Translations under genes and position numbers: made by a program
NCBI GenBank assembly: GCA_947428835.1
Contig: CANENE010000002.1
Location: 16,901-80,900, forward strand
Direction: 5' to 3'
Length of the DNA stretch: 64,000 nucleotides
DNA from: an uncultured bacterium
GTDB taxonomy: Bacteria > Cyanobacteriota > Vampirovibrionia > Gastranaerophilales > Gastranaerophilaceae
Part shown: piece after piece, positions 20,259 through 28,864 of the stretch
How positions within the stretch are numbered: position 1 is the first letter of the stretch
Layout of the letters: every line of letters starts with the position of its first letter
Notes under the pieces: model-generated
What the model saw: the letters and a program-made list of their open reading frames with translations, nothing else
The model's database searches: none
Told to the model about the DNA's origin: nothing

Positions 20259-21194
20259 TTAATTTGCCAGTCTTTTTTGAATTTGATTTTTTAGATTTCT
20301 TTTAACTGTAAGCTGCTCTAAATATTTCTTTGCCGTTTCAGAGCCAAGTTCCGCCTTTCCATAGGCGTTTTGGAGTTTAACTATTTCATCGTCCGTTTTC
20401 TTTAGGGCTTTTTGTAAATTTTCAGTTATTTGAGAATTTTTAGCAGTATTTACTAATTTTTGAAGGCTACTGCTGCTGTCGGAATTGCCAAGAGTTGCTT
20501 TTTTAATATATCCTTCTATTTGCTCAATTTCCTTATTGATTGCTTCTTTGTCTGCTTCATCCGCGCTTGAAAGAAGTTTTTTCTTTGAAGCCAACAACTC
20601 CTGACCTTCTTTTAGCGTTTTTTGCATGTCGCCGTCGGTATGAACAAAATCTTGCATAACATTAGTTTTTATCTGTGCTTTTTCAACGATTTGTCTTTTT
20701 GTATTAATATTTCGTTGGATGCTATCTTCTATCTTTTTGATGCTTGTTTGTGTTTCTGTAATTTCTTTGCTTAATTTGCCAAATTCTTCGCTTCCTTCTT
20801 GGGCTGCTTTTTTCAAATCTTGTAATTCGGCCAAGTGTTTTTGCTTATCGCCTAAACGCTTATTCATATTAGCAATACCATCATCTGAAGCTTTGAATAT
20901 TTTTTCAAGAGTGTTTTGATCTGCAGTATTAATTTTTTCTGTTAATTCCTTATTTACTTTTGTGGAATTTTTAGTAAAGAAATTTTTAGCTTTATTTATT
21001 GCTCCGGTTTTATACAAAACAACCCCTGCAGCAGCTGCGACACCAAGACCAATCAGTGCGTTTTTAAGTTTGCTATCTCCATCTTTAATCTGTTGCGGTT
21101 TGGTTTGAATATCAGGCTCTGTCTGATAGCTGTTTCCTTGAAAGTTGACCTGTTGAGTCGGTGCAACTTGATAGTTGTTTTGTAATCCGTCCAT
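20259..21194 (-). CDS. Hypothetical membrane-anchored coiled-coil protein
   Basis: Gln-rich N-terminus, one Ala/Gly-rich TM (LIGLGVAAAAGVVLY), then about 240 aa of heptad-like K/E/Q-rich sequence. Confidence 0.55.
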   Translation of the reverse strand: MDGLQNNYQVAPTQQVNFQGNSYQTEPDIQTKPQQIKDGDSKLKNALIGLGVAAAAGVVLYKTGAINKAKNFFTKNSTKVNKELTEKINTADQNTLEKIFKASDDGIANMNKRLGDKQKHLAELQDLKKAAQEGSEEFGKLSKEITETQTSIKKIEDSIQRNINTKRQIVEKAQIKTNVMQDFVHTDGDMQKTLKEGQELLASKKKLLSSADEADKEAINKEIEQIEGYIKKATLGNSDSSSSLQKLVNTAKNSQITENLQKALKKTDDEIVKLQNAYGKAELGSETAKKYLEQLTVKRNLKNQIQKRLAN

Positions 21195-21369
21195 TATTAA
21201 TTCCTCTATTAAAATAAAATTCTTCGTGCCTTATGTTTATAAAGTAATTTTTTGAAAAAAAATTTACACATGCTGCTAAAAGGTACCGGTTTCTTGTAAT
21301 ATTTCTTAATAATTCCCAAAGGGTTTTTATGATATTATTAAAGACGATATTAAAAGTCGGAGCAGATAT

Positions 21370-21843
21370 ATGATTAATCATTTGAAAAAATATTTGGATG
21401 AATTCAAAACATTTGCAATTAAAGGCAATGTTATTGATATGGCAGTGGGGATAATAATCGGTGCTGCATTTGGAAAAATAGTTGATTCAATGGTAAAAGA
21501 TATCATTATGCCTCCTATGGGCTGGCTTATGGGGAAAGTTGATTTTACTAATCTTTATTTAACATTTCCAAATGAAGCAGGCGAAATTGTAAAATATCCT
21601 TCACTTGAGGCAGCACAAGCTGCAGGAGCTGTTACAATAAATTACGGGCTTTTTATAAATACATTGATAAGCTTTATATTTGTTGCTTTTGCAGTGTTTT
21701 TGCTAATTAAATTTATAAATAAATTAAAAGCAAGTGTTGAAAAACCTGTTGAAGTTGCACCTGAGACAAAGACGTGTCCAAAGTGCTTTAGTGAAATTAA
21801 TATAAAAGCTACAAAATGCCCGTATTGTACATCTGAAATATAA
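21370..21843 (+). CDS. mscL: Large-conductance mechanosensitive channel with a C-terminal zinc-ribbon extension
   Basis: [35 protein letters not shown] matches MscL. Extra C-terminal CPKC-N12-CPYC. Confidence 0.85.
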   Translation: MINHLKKYLDEFKTFAIKGNVIDMAVGIIIGAAFGKIVDSMVKDIIMPPMGWLMGKVDFTNLYLTFPNEAGEIVKYPSLEAAQAAGAVTINYGLFINTLISFIFVAFAVFLLIKFINKLKASVEKPVEVAPETKTCPKCFSEINIKATKCPYCTSEI

Positions 21844-21861
21844 GAATTTGAAGGAAAAAAT

Positions 21862-22956
21862 ATGTTAAAAGTAGGAATAGTGGGACTTCCAAATGTTGGA
21901 AAATCAACTTTATTTAATGCACTTACAAGTGATAAAAATGCCCAAAGTGCTAATTACCCTTTTTGCACAATTGAACCAAATGTGGGGGTAGTAAGTGTGC
22001 CTGATGAAAGGCTTTATAAGTTGCAGCCTTTGGTAAATACAAATAATGTTGTACCGACTACAATAGAATTTGTTGATATTGCAGGGCTTGTTAAAGGTGC
22101 AAGCAAAGGTGAAGGGCTCGGAAACCAGTTTTTACACAATATCAGAGAAACAGATGCCATTGTTCAGGTTGTAAGATGTTTTGATGATATAAATACAATC
22201 CATGTTAATGGAAAAGTCGATCCTATTGATGATATTGAAACTATTAATATGGAGCTTGCTTTGGCTGATATGGCAACTCTTGAAAATATTCAAAAAAGAA
22301 TTTCAAAACAGGTTAAAGCAAAAGATAAAGAAGCTATATTACAGCAAAGCGTTATTGATAAATGCATACCATACCTTGAAAAAGGTCAATTTATAGATAC
22401 ATCTGAACTAACAGATGATGAAAAAGGCGCACTTCATTTTTTCCATCTTTTAATGGCAAAACCTGTTATATATTGTGCAAATGTTTCCGAAACCGACTTA
22501 AAGGAAGGAAATGACTATACAAAGCGTGTGCAAGAGTATGCGGGAAAAACAAATGCGCTTGTAGTTTTAATCTGCGCTAATCTTGAAGAAGAACTCGTCG
22601 ATTTAGGGCCTGATGAAGCTAAAAATTATCTATCTGAACTTGGAATTGAAAATTCCGGAATTGAAAGAATGATTAAAGCCGCTTATGATATTTTAAATCT
22701 TAGAACTTATATAACAGCAGGTGAAAAAGAGGTTAAAGCCTGGACAATTACAAAAGGAACCAAAGCACCAAAAGCCGCAGGAGTAATCCACACAGACTTT
22801 GAAAAAGGCTTTATTAAAGCGGAAGTCGTATCATACGATGATTTTATTGCCTGCAAAAGCTGGGCAGCAGCCCGTGAAAAGGGCCTTGCGCGCTTGGAGG
22901 GCAAAGACTATGTCGTTGAAGATGGCGATATTATGATATTCAGGTTTAACAATTAA
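21862..22956 (+). CDS. ychF: Ribosome-binding ATPase YchF
   Basis: GIVGLPNVGKSTLFNALT, FCTIEPN, DIAGLVKGAS and a C-terminal TGS-like domain. Confidence 0.95.
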   Translation: MLKVGIVGLPNVGKSTLFNALTSDKNAQSANYPFCTIEPNVGVVSVPDERLYKLQPLVNTNNVVPTTIEFVDIAGLVKGASKGEGLGNQFLHNIRETDAIVQVVRCFDDINTIHVNGKVDPIDDIETINMELALADMATLENIQKRISKQVKAKDKEAILQQSVIDKCIPYLEKGQFIDTSELTDDEKGALHFFHLLMAKPVIYCANVSETDLKEGNDYTKRVQEYAGKTNALVVLICANLEEELVDLGPDEAKNYLSELGIENSGIERMIKAAYDILNLRTYITAGEKEVKAWTITKGTKAPKAAGVIHTDFEKGFIKAEVVSYDDFIACKSWAAAREKGLARLEGKDYVVEDGDIMIFRFNN

Positions 22957-23006
22957 ATATTCGCAAAAAAGCAAAAAATATTTTTCATACACATTATATA
23001 GCTGCT

Positions 23007-23978
23007 ATGAAAATAAATTTTAATACAATAACCAATATTAATCGCATATCTTTTAAATCACAAACCGCTCTAAGAGCGGGTATAAATGCTAACCCCCTCC
23101 TCGACACATTTATTAGAAATAACAATGTTTCATTTACTTCTTCAAAATTTAATGAGACATATCCGAAATTAAAACAGGATTTATGCGACTATATTCTGTC
23201 TGATAGAGATTTAACGTTTGATTCTTTAAATGATATTATTCATAAATATCGTCCGAATATTGATGCTTGTGATTTTAAAGATGCGCCGAAAAATTCAAAT
23301 ATAACAGAAATTACTGATGCTTATTTTAGAAATTATGTTAAATTTGCAATTTCGCAAGATAAAGGTATAAAGGTTTTAGGTGAGCCCGAACAGGCTTTGT
23401 ATATAGAATTTCCCAAAAGCAAAGATTATTCCGAAAGAGCGATATTTGCAAGCAAAGCCTTGCATGAATCAACCCATATGCTGCAGCAAAATTCACCAGA
23501 TAGAATATCCAAGCTTCAATCAATAAAAGAGTTTTTAGTAAAAGAACAAAATCCCAAAAGAGCTATGGCAACTATACAAGCGGGCAACTTAGGTGCCAAT
23601 ATTACATATGATGAGCTTTCAAAAATATATTTGTTTGGAGCGCAAAAAGTAAATGAAATTCCAATTAGAATTAAAGGCAAAAGCTCAAAAAATTTAGATT
23701 CATTATTTTTAAAAACAACGCAAATGGATGCACAGACTGCTTCTAAGCAACTTCTTGTTAATGTTTTTGATATATTAAATAAACAATTTGGTACGTTGTA
23801 TGATAAAAAGTACACATTAAATACAATTATACAAAATTTACTAAATGAAAAAGAAGCATATGACAATGGTTATTCGTTTTTAAAAGAAGCTTTAAATATT
23901 GTCGGAAATACTGATTTGGATTTAAAACCAATGATGCTTGGCGTATTTTGTGATGTTGCAAAGAATTTTAACATATAA
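23007..23978 (+). CDS. Hypothetical protein
   Basis: 323-aa ORF filling its slot. No family recognised. Confidence 0.5.
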   Translation: MKINFNTITNINRISFKSQTALRAGINANPLLDTFIRNNNVSFTSSKFNETYPKLKQDLCDYILSDRDLTFDSLNDIIHKYRPNIDACDFKDAPKNSNITEITDAYFRNYVKFAISQDKGIKVLGEPEQALYIEFPKSKDYSERAIFASKALHESTHMLQQNSPDRISKLQSIKEFLVKEQNPKRAMATIQAGNLGANITYDELSKIYLFGAQKVNEIPIRIKGKSSKNLDSLFLKTTQMDAQTASKQLLVNVFDILNKQFGTLYDKKYTLNTIIQNLLNEKEAYDNGYSFLKEALNIVGNTDLDLKPMMLGVFCDVAKNFNI

Positions 23979-24099
23979 TATAACCTTAAAAGTGTTTTAG
24001 CTACATTATTTCAAGATGTTTCAATTATTTTAAAAAAGTTATTTGAAATTTTATAAAGGGCATTATAATATTAAAAGGTAGCTTAAAGGTGACAGGAAA

Positions 24100-25698
24100 A
24101 TGAGCGAAATGCAATTTCAAAATGATATTGAAAAATTAATTGAGATTTTGCCCAATCGAATTAAAAGAAGCATACAGCAAGAATCGCTTGATGATGCTAT
24201 AGAAATTGTGCTTGACATCGGAAGAATTCCCGAAATTCGTCTTGGAAACGGAAAAATTATATCCGTTGGAAATGACAATATTACAAGAGAAGATTTGGAT
24301 TTTATAACCGAAAAAATTCCTGAATTCACTTCCGATAATCGTTCGGGAATTGCAGGAACCCTGCATAGAATTAGTGCCATCAGAAACAGACAGGGAAAAA
24401 TCGTTGGTCTTACCTGCCGTATAGGTAGAGTAATTACAGGAACAATCGATTGTATCAAAGATTTTGTTGTTCAAAATAAATCTATATTATTTTTAGGGCG
24501 CCCCGGTGTAGGTAAAACCACAAAGCTTAGGGAAATTACCCGCCTTATGGCAGATATTATGGGAAAAAGAGTTGTTGTAGTAGATACATCAAACGAAATT
24601 GCAGGAGACGGTGACGTTGCGCATCCTGCAATCGGAAAAGCAAGAAGAATGCAGGTATCTCAGCCTGAATTTCAAAAAGATATCATGATAGAAGCTGTTG
24701 AAAACCATACGCCTGAAGTTATTGTAGTTGATGAAATTGGAACAGAGCTTGAAGCACAAGCTGCAAGAACAATAGCTGAAAGAGGCGTTATGCTTATTGC
24801 AACAGCCCATGGAAACACTCTTGATAATCTGATTAAAAACCCGACACTATCCGATTTAATCGGAGGAGTAGACACTGTTACTTTAGGTGATGATGAAGCA
24901 AAACACAGAGGCTGCCAAAAGACCGTTCTTGAAAGACAAAAGCAGCCGACATTTGATATTGTAATTGAAATTATAGACAGAAACACTCTTTCAATATACA
25001 AAGAAACTGCAACGGCTGTAGATTATATTTTAAGAGGTTGGCCTATTACTCCTGAAATCAGAAAAGTTGATGCAAATTATGAAGAAAAATCACAGGAAAA
25101 AACTGATATTATAAAAAAAGTTGAAGAATTAGACAGCAAAATTGAAGCAAATAGTTCACCTTTGAGCTTTAAATTCGACAGGCAACAATACATCAAAGAA
25201 AACAAAAAACACAAAAAAATCTATATCTATGCTGTTTCAAGGTCAATAGTGGATAAAATTATTGAAAGGCTTGATATAGATGCAACGATTGTTCGAAACG
25301 TTGAAGAAGCTGATTTTGTAATAGCGCACAAAAATTTTGCAAAAGGCGGCACAAAGATTTTATCGACTGCAAACGAGTATCATCTGCCCGTGTTTTTTGT
25401 TCGCACAAATTCTATGAGCCAAATTCAAAGAGTTTTAAAAGAAGCTTTAAATTTAACCCAGGAAAATCAAGAAATTTATAGCTATAAAAATTATAAAGAT
25501 GCAACGGAACTGGCACTTGATGAGTGTAATGCAGCAATAGCGAAGCTATCTGAAGGACTGGAAGTGATTGAACTTCAGCCGCAGGAAAAAACCGTAAGAA
25601 AGCTCCAGCACGAACTTGTTGATGCCCACGGATATAAATCAACAAGTGTCGGCGAAGGTAAACAAAGACATCTTAAAATTTTTAAAGACGAATGCTGA
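24100..25698 (+). CDS. Ycf45/SpoIIIAA-like AAA ATPase with a C-terminal R3H domain
   Basis: Walker A GRPGVGKTT, Walker B VIVVDEIG, and an R3H-like C-terminus (LQPQEKTVRKLQHELVDAHGYKSTSVGEGKQRHLKI). Confidence 0.8.
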   Translation: MSEMQFQNDIEKLIEILPNRIKRSIQQESLDDAIEIVLDIGRIPEIRLGNGKIISVGNDNITREDLDFITEKIPEFTSDNRSGIAGTLHRISAIRNRQGKIVGLTCRIGRVITGTIDCIKDFVVQNKSILFLGRPGVGKTTKLREITRLMADIMGKRVVVVDTSNEIAGDGDVAHPAIGKARRMQVSQPEFQKDIMIEAVENHTPEVIVVDEIGTELEAQAARTIAERGVMLIATAHGNTLDNLIKNPTLSDLIGGVDTVTLGDDEAKHRGCQKTVLERQKQPTFDIVIEIIDRNTLSIYKETATAVDYILRGWPITPEIRKVDANYEEKSQEKTDIIKKVEELDSKIEANSSPLSFKFDRQQYIKENKKHKKIYIYAVSRSIVDKIIERLDIDATIVRNVEEADFVIAHKNFAKGGTKILSTANEYHLPVFFVRTNSMSQIQRVLKEALNLTQENQEIYSYKNYKDATELALDECNAAIAKLSEGLEVIELQPQEKTVRKLQHELVDAHGYKSTSVGEGKQRHLKIFKDEC

Positions 25699-25715
25699 GA
25701 AATTAGAAATTTAAG

Positions 25716-26390
25716 ATGACAAAAACCGAACAGCTGGAAAATTATTTAATTAACTATAAAAAGCACACATTTTCAAAATCTATCAAGATAACTTTGAAAA
25801 AAGAAAATGAACTTTTGGTGACCCTGCCTATATATTGCCCATATAAAAAGGCAAGAGATTTTGTGCTTTCTAATTTTGAAAAAATAAAAAGCTTTAAAAT
25901 GCCTAAAAATGATATTTCAGAAGATATTAAAACAAAATTTGATACTCTTGAAATTATAAAATCAGATAGCTTTAAAACCGTTTCAAAAAAAGGAAAAGTA
26001 TATTTTTATTATCCCGATTATCTTGATTTTAACTCTTCCAAAATTCAAAAAGAGCTTATGCAGGCATATAAAAAAGCACTCAAAATAGAAGCCAAGAACT
26101 ATCTGCCTGAAAGGCTTGAATTTTTATCTAAAAAATTTGGTTATGAATATAATAATGTTGCTTTAAGAAATCAAAAAACACGCTTTGGAAGCTGTTCTTA
26201 TTGTAATAATATCAATTTAAATATAAATCTTATGCAATATGATTTTGATGCAATTGATTATGTTTTAATCCATGAATTGGTTCATACAAAAATAAAAAAT
26301 CATTCCATAAAGTTTTGGTCAGAAGTTGAAAAGAATTGTCCTAATTACAAAGATTTAAGAAAAAAATTAAAAGCACAAAGATTTATATAA
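25716..26390 (+). CDS. YgjP-like (DUF45) metal-dependent hydrolase
   Basis: RFGSCS...INLN...IDYVLIHELVHTK matches the DUF45/M48-like signature. Confidence 0.75.
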   Translation: MTKTEQLENYLINYKKHTFSKSIKITLKKENELLVTLPIYCPYKKARDFVLSNFEKIKSFKMPKNDISEDIKTKFDTLEIIKSDSFKTVSKKGKVYFYYPDYLDFNSSKIQKELMQAYKKALKIEAKNYLPERLEFLSKKFGYEYNNVALRNQKTRFGSCSYCNNINLNINLMQYDFDAIDYVLIHELVHTKIKNHSIKFWSEVEKNCPNYKDLRKKLKAQRFI

Positions 26391-26494
26391 TATGTAAAGA
26401 AAGATAAATTAAGCCTTCAAAAAAGCAAAAAAAATTATTTTTTGGTTTATTATTAGTGTTGAAAAGTTATTTGCTTTAAATATGGAGGCACAAG

Positions 26495-26758
26495 ATGAAA
26501 AAAATATTAGTTTTATCATTACTTGCTATGATGGCTTGTCAAATGAGTGTTTTAGCTCGTGTAAAATATGATTCAACAGGAAGAACAATTATTTATGATG
26601 ATACAATCAGAGGTCAGCAAAGAGCACAGCAAGCAAGACAAATTGAACAAAAAAGACAAGGTATGGCTGCTGCAAAAATAGACTATGGATATACAAAATC
26701 GCAGCCGGATAGAATGCAAAACAATCTCAAAGACAACTATATCCAAAACAGAAAATAA
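26495..26758 (+). CDS. Small secreted hypothetical protein
   Basis: Signal peptide MKKILVLSLLAMMACQMSVLA, GGAGG RBS, terminator downstream. Confidence 0.5.
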   Translation: MKKILVLSLLAMMACQMSVLARVKYDSTGRTIIYDDTIRGQQRAQQARQIEQKRQGMAAAKIDYGYTKSQPDRMQNNLKDNYIQNRK

Positions 26759-26851
26759 AATAGTTTTAAAGATTGAAAAAATAAAAATAAAGCCCTTCTA
26801 CTTCTAATTTTAGAGGGGCTTTTTAAATATTTATCCAAACAGAAATTGCAG

Positions 26852-27253
26852 TTATTTTGCAAGATTTAGCACCTGTTCGGGTAAACTCCTATATAATGTT
26901 CCATCTTTTTTAATTGCTGCAATTTTGACAATTGCTTCAATTAGTATTGTTTCATTCTTTTTTATTACTTGCTTGAAAGTCAGATAAAATCTCGCCGTAT
27001 CAATTATTTCGGTTTCAACTGTGATGTTGTCTTCAAGATGTGCAGATTGTTTGTATTTAATATTCATTTCAATAACAGGGAGAATAATATCATCTTTTTC
27101 AAGAGCGGATAATTTTAAACCTTTGCTTTCGCAAAATAACACGCGGCCTTTTTCGAGCCATCTTAGGTAGCTTCCGTGCCAAACAACACCATAAGCATCA
27201 GTATCCGAGTAGTAAACCGTTTCTTGTTGGATTATTTTTTTATCATGCTCCAT
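26852..27253 (-). CDS. Acyl-CoA thioesterase, 4HBT/YbgC family
   Basis: YSDTDAYGVVWHGSYLRWLEKGR hotdog-fold motif. Confidence 0.8.
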   Translation of the reverse strand: MEHDKKIIQQETVYYSDTDAYGVVWHGSYLRWLEKGRVLFCESKGLKLSALEKDDIILPVIEMNIKYKQSAHLEDNITVETEIIDTARFYLTFKQVIKKNETILIEAIVKIAAIKKDGTLYRSLPEQVLNLAK

Positions 27254-27321
27254 AGATAGATTTTACCATAAACAAATGAGTCTAATAGCTTTTTTTTTCA
27301 TATCTTGCTAGAATTAATTTT

Positions 27322-28377
27322 ATGGAAAATAATATAAAATACTTTAAAGGTTCTTTTATTTTTACTTTTGCTGCTCTTATTTTCGGGTTTTTGTGGGCTC
27401 ATCATATGAACCCCGGAAGTGAATTTAAAAGCATTTTTGTAGTTTTTGTTTTGAGTATTTTGGAAGTGAGCTTATCTTTTGATAATGCTGTAATAAATGC
27501 AGCCAAGCTTGAGAAAATGTCTGCACTTTGGCAGCATCGGTTTTTGACTTGGGGTATATGGATAGCTGTATTTGGAATGAGGTTTTTATTCCCTTTGCTT
27601 GTGGTTGCAGTTTTTTCAAAGTTATCAATAATAAAAGTCTTTGATATGGCGCTAAATAGCCCTAATGATTATGCTCATTATCTTCATATATCGCATCCAT
27701 TTGTAATAACCTTTGGTGCAAGTTTTTTAATAATGCTTTTTTTCAATTATTTCTTTAATAGCGAAAAAAAAGTTTTTTGGCTCAAACCAATTGAAAAAAG
27801 AATAGCATTATTAGGTAAAATTAAAGGGTTGAATACGATATTAACTCTTGCAATTTTATATTTTACATCTTCTTTTATAGGGCCAAATAGCAGATTAGAT
27901 ATGATTATATCGGGGCTTTGGGGTATCGGTATTTATCTTTTTATAGACGGGCTTTCTTCTTTTCTTGAAAAACAAGCTGAAAATACGATGACAAAACCTG
28001 CTGATTGCAGCCCTCATTTTAATCTTGCAAATCACTGCTTTATAAATTTTTTGTATTTAGAATTGATAGATGCATCTTTTTCGCTCGACGGGGTGCTTGG
28101 AGCTTTTGCTTTAAGCAAGGATATTTTAATAATTGCTATCGGTCTTTCAATCGGGGCTATGTTTGTCAGGTCTTTAACCATTATGCTTGTTGAAAAAAAG
28201 ACCTTAAAAGAATATATCTATCTTGAACATGGCGCCCACTGGGCAATTGGGGCACTTGCTGTAATAATGTTTATTTCTTCCATAAAAGAAGTAAGTGAAA
28301 TTATAACAGGGTTGATTGGTGTAATTTTTATTTCAGCTTCTTTTGTATCTTCTCTAAAAGAAAAAGATAACGGTTAG
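27322..28377 (+). CDS. DUF475/TerC-like integral membrane protein
   Basis: Polytopic, with repeated SLSFDNAVINA / DASFSLDGVLGAFA motifs. Confidence 0.7.
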   Translation: MENNIKYFKGSFIFTFAALIFGFLWAHHMNPGSEFKSIFVVFVLSILEVSLSFDNAVINAAKLEKMSALWQHRFLTWGIWIAVFGMRFLFPLLVVAVFSKLSIIKVFDMALNSPNDYAHYLHISHPFVITFGASFLIMLFFNYFFNSEKKVFWLKPIEKRIALLGKIKGLNTILTLAILYFTSSFIGPNSRLDMIISGLWGIGIYLFIDGLSSFLEKQAENTMTKPADCSPHFNLANHCFINFLYLELIDASFSLDGVLGAFALSKDILIIAIGLSIGAMFVRSLTIMLVEKKTLKEYIYLEHGAHWAIGALAVIMFISSIKEVSEIITGLIGVIFISASFVSSLKEKDNG

Positions 28378-28673
28378 GCTTTATTTTTTATAACGCCGTA
28401 TTTTTCCATTACTTCTACAATTTTTTGTTCAAGGTTGTCGTTTTCCGTTGGTTTTTTTGTGCTTTGATTAAACATCTCTCCTTTTCCTGATACAAGCCAA
28501 TTTAGATTTGCATTAACTTTTTTGTCCAACTGAACAAAAAGATTTAAAGAAGGAGCTCTTCTATTTTGTTCATAATTAGTCAAAGTGTTTGCTGACATCT
28601 CTAACCTATCGGCAAATTTAGAGACTGATAAACCTAATTCTATTCGAAGCTTTTTTAAATTTTGCGCAAACAT
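28374..28673 (-). CDS. XRE-family HTH regulator, long class (cassette 1)
   Basis: MFAQNLKKLRIELGLSVSKFADRLEMSANTLTNYEQNRRAPS HTH, then the NLNWLVSGKGEMF motif shared with the 57674, 63452 and 50163 genes. Divergent from the pilin-like gene. Confidence 0.85.
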   Translation of the reverse strand: MFAQNLKKLRIELGLSVSKFADRLEMSANTLTNYEQNRRAPSLNLFVQLDKKVNANLNWLVSGKGEMFNQSTKKPTENDNLEQKIVEVMEKYGVIKNKA

Positions 28674-28706
28674 TTTTTGCCCTTGACTGTAAAATTTTAT
28701 TAATTA

Positions 28707-28747
28707 TGTTCATTTGAACTTGACAATTTTGTTCATTTGACTATAAT
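28707..28747 (+). promoter_or_regulatory. Candidate promoter (TTGACA-16-TATAAT) with two direct operator-like repeats TGTTCATTTGA
   Basis: TTGACA at 28720-28725 and TATAAT at 28742-28747. Repeats at 28707-28717 and 28730-28740, the second lying inside the spacer. Confidence 0.5.
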
Positions 28748-28806
28748 TAGAATAAGAATAGTTTCTTTTCTATCACTATTCTATAACTATAACATATAAA
28801 CCATAA

Positions 28807-28864
28807 AATTTGGCAAAATTTGCCTCATTTTTTGTACACAAAATATTTTTTTAAGGAAAATAAC
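28807..28864 (+). promoter_or_regulatory. Conserved 5' leader of the long-class cassettes (two small hairpins plus AAGGAAAATAAC-ATG)
   Basis: GGCA-N5-TGCC (28812-28824) then TTTTGT-AC-ACAAAA (28830-28843). The same layout occurs at 58069-58137 and 63234-63317(-). Confidence 0.5.

Noticed and set aside
28820-28864. In-frame N-terminal extensions of P1 (from TTG at 28820) and P4 (from ATG at 58081), which give similar peptides (PHFLYTK and LPHFFVHK)
   Set aside because: The similarity is at the nucleotide level, in a conserved hairpin-containing leader. P5 has the same leader without an in-frame upstream start. The AAGGAAAATAAC-ATG context supports the downstream ATG in all three.
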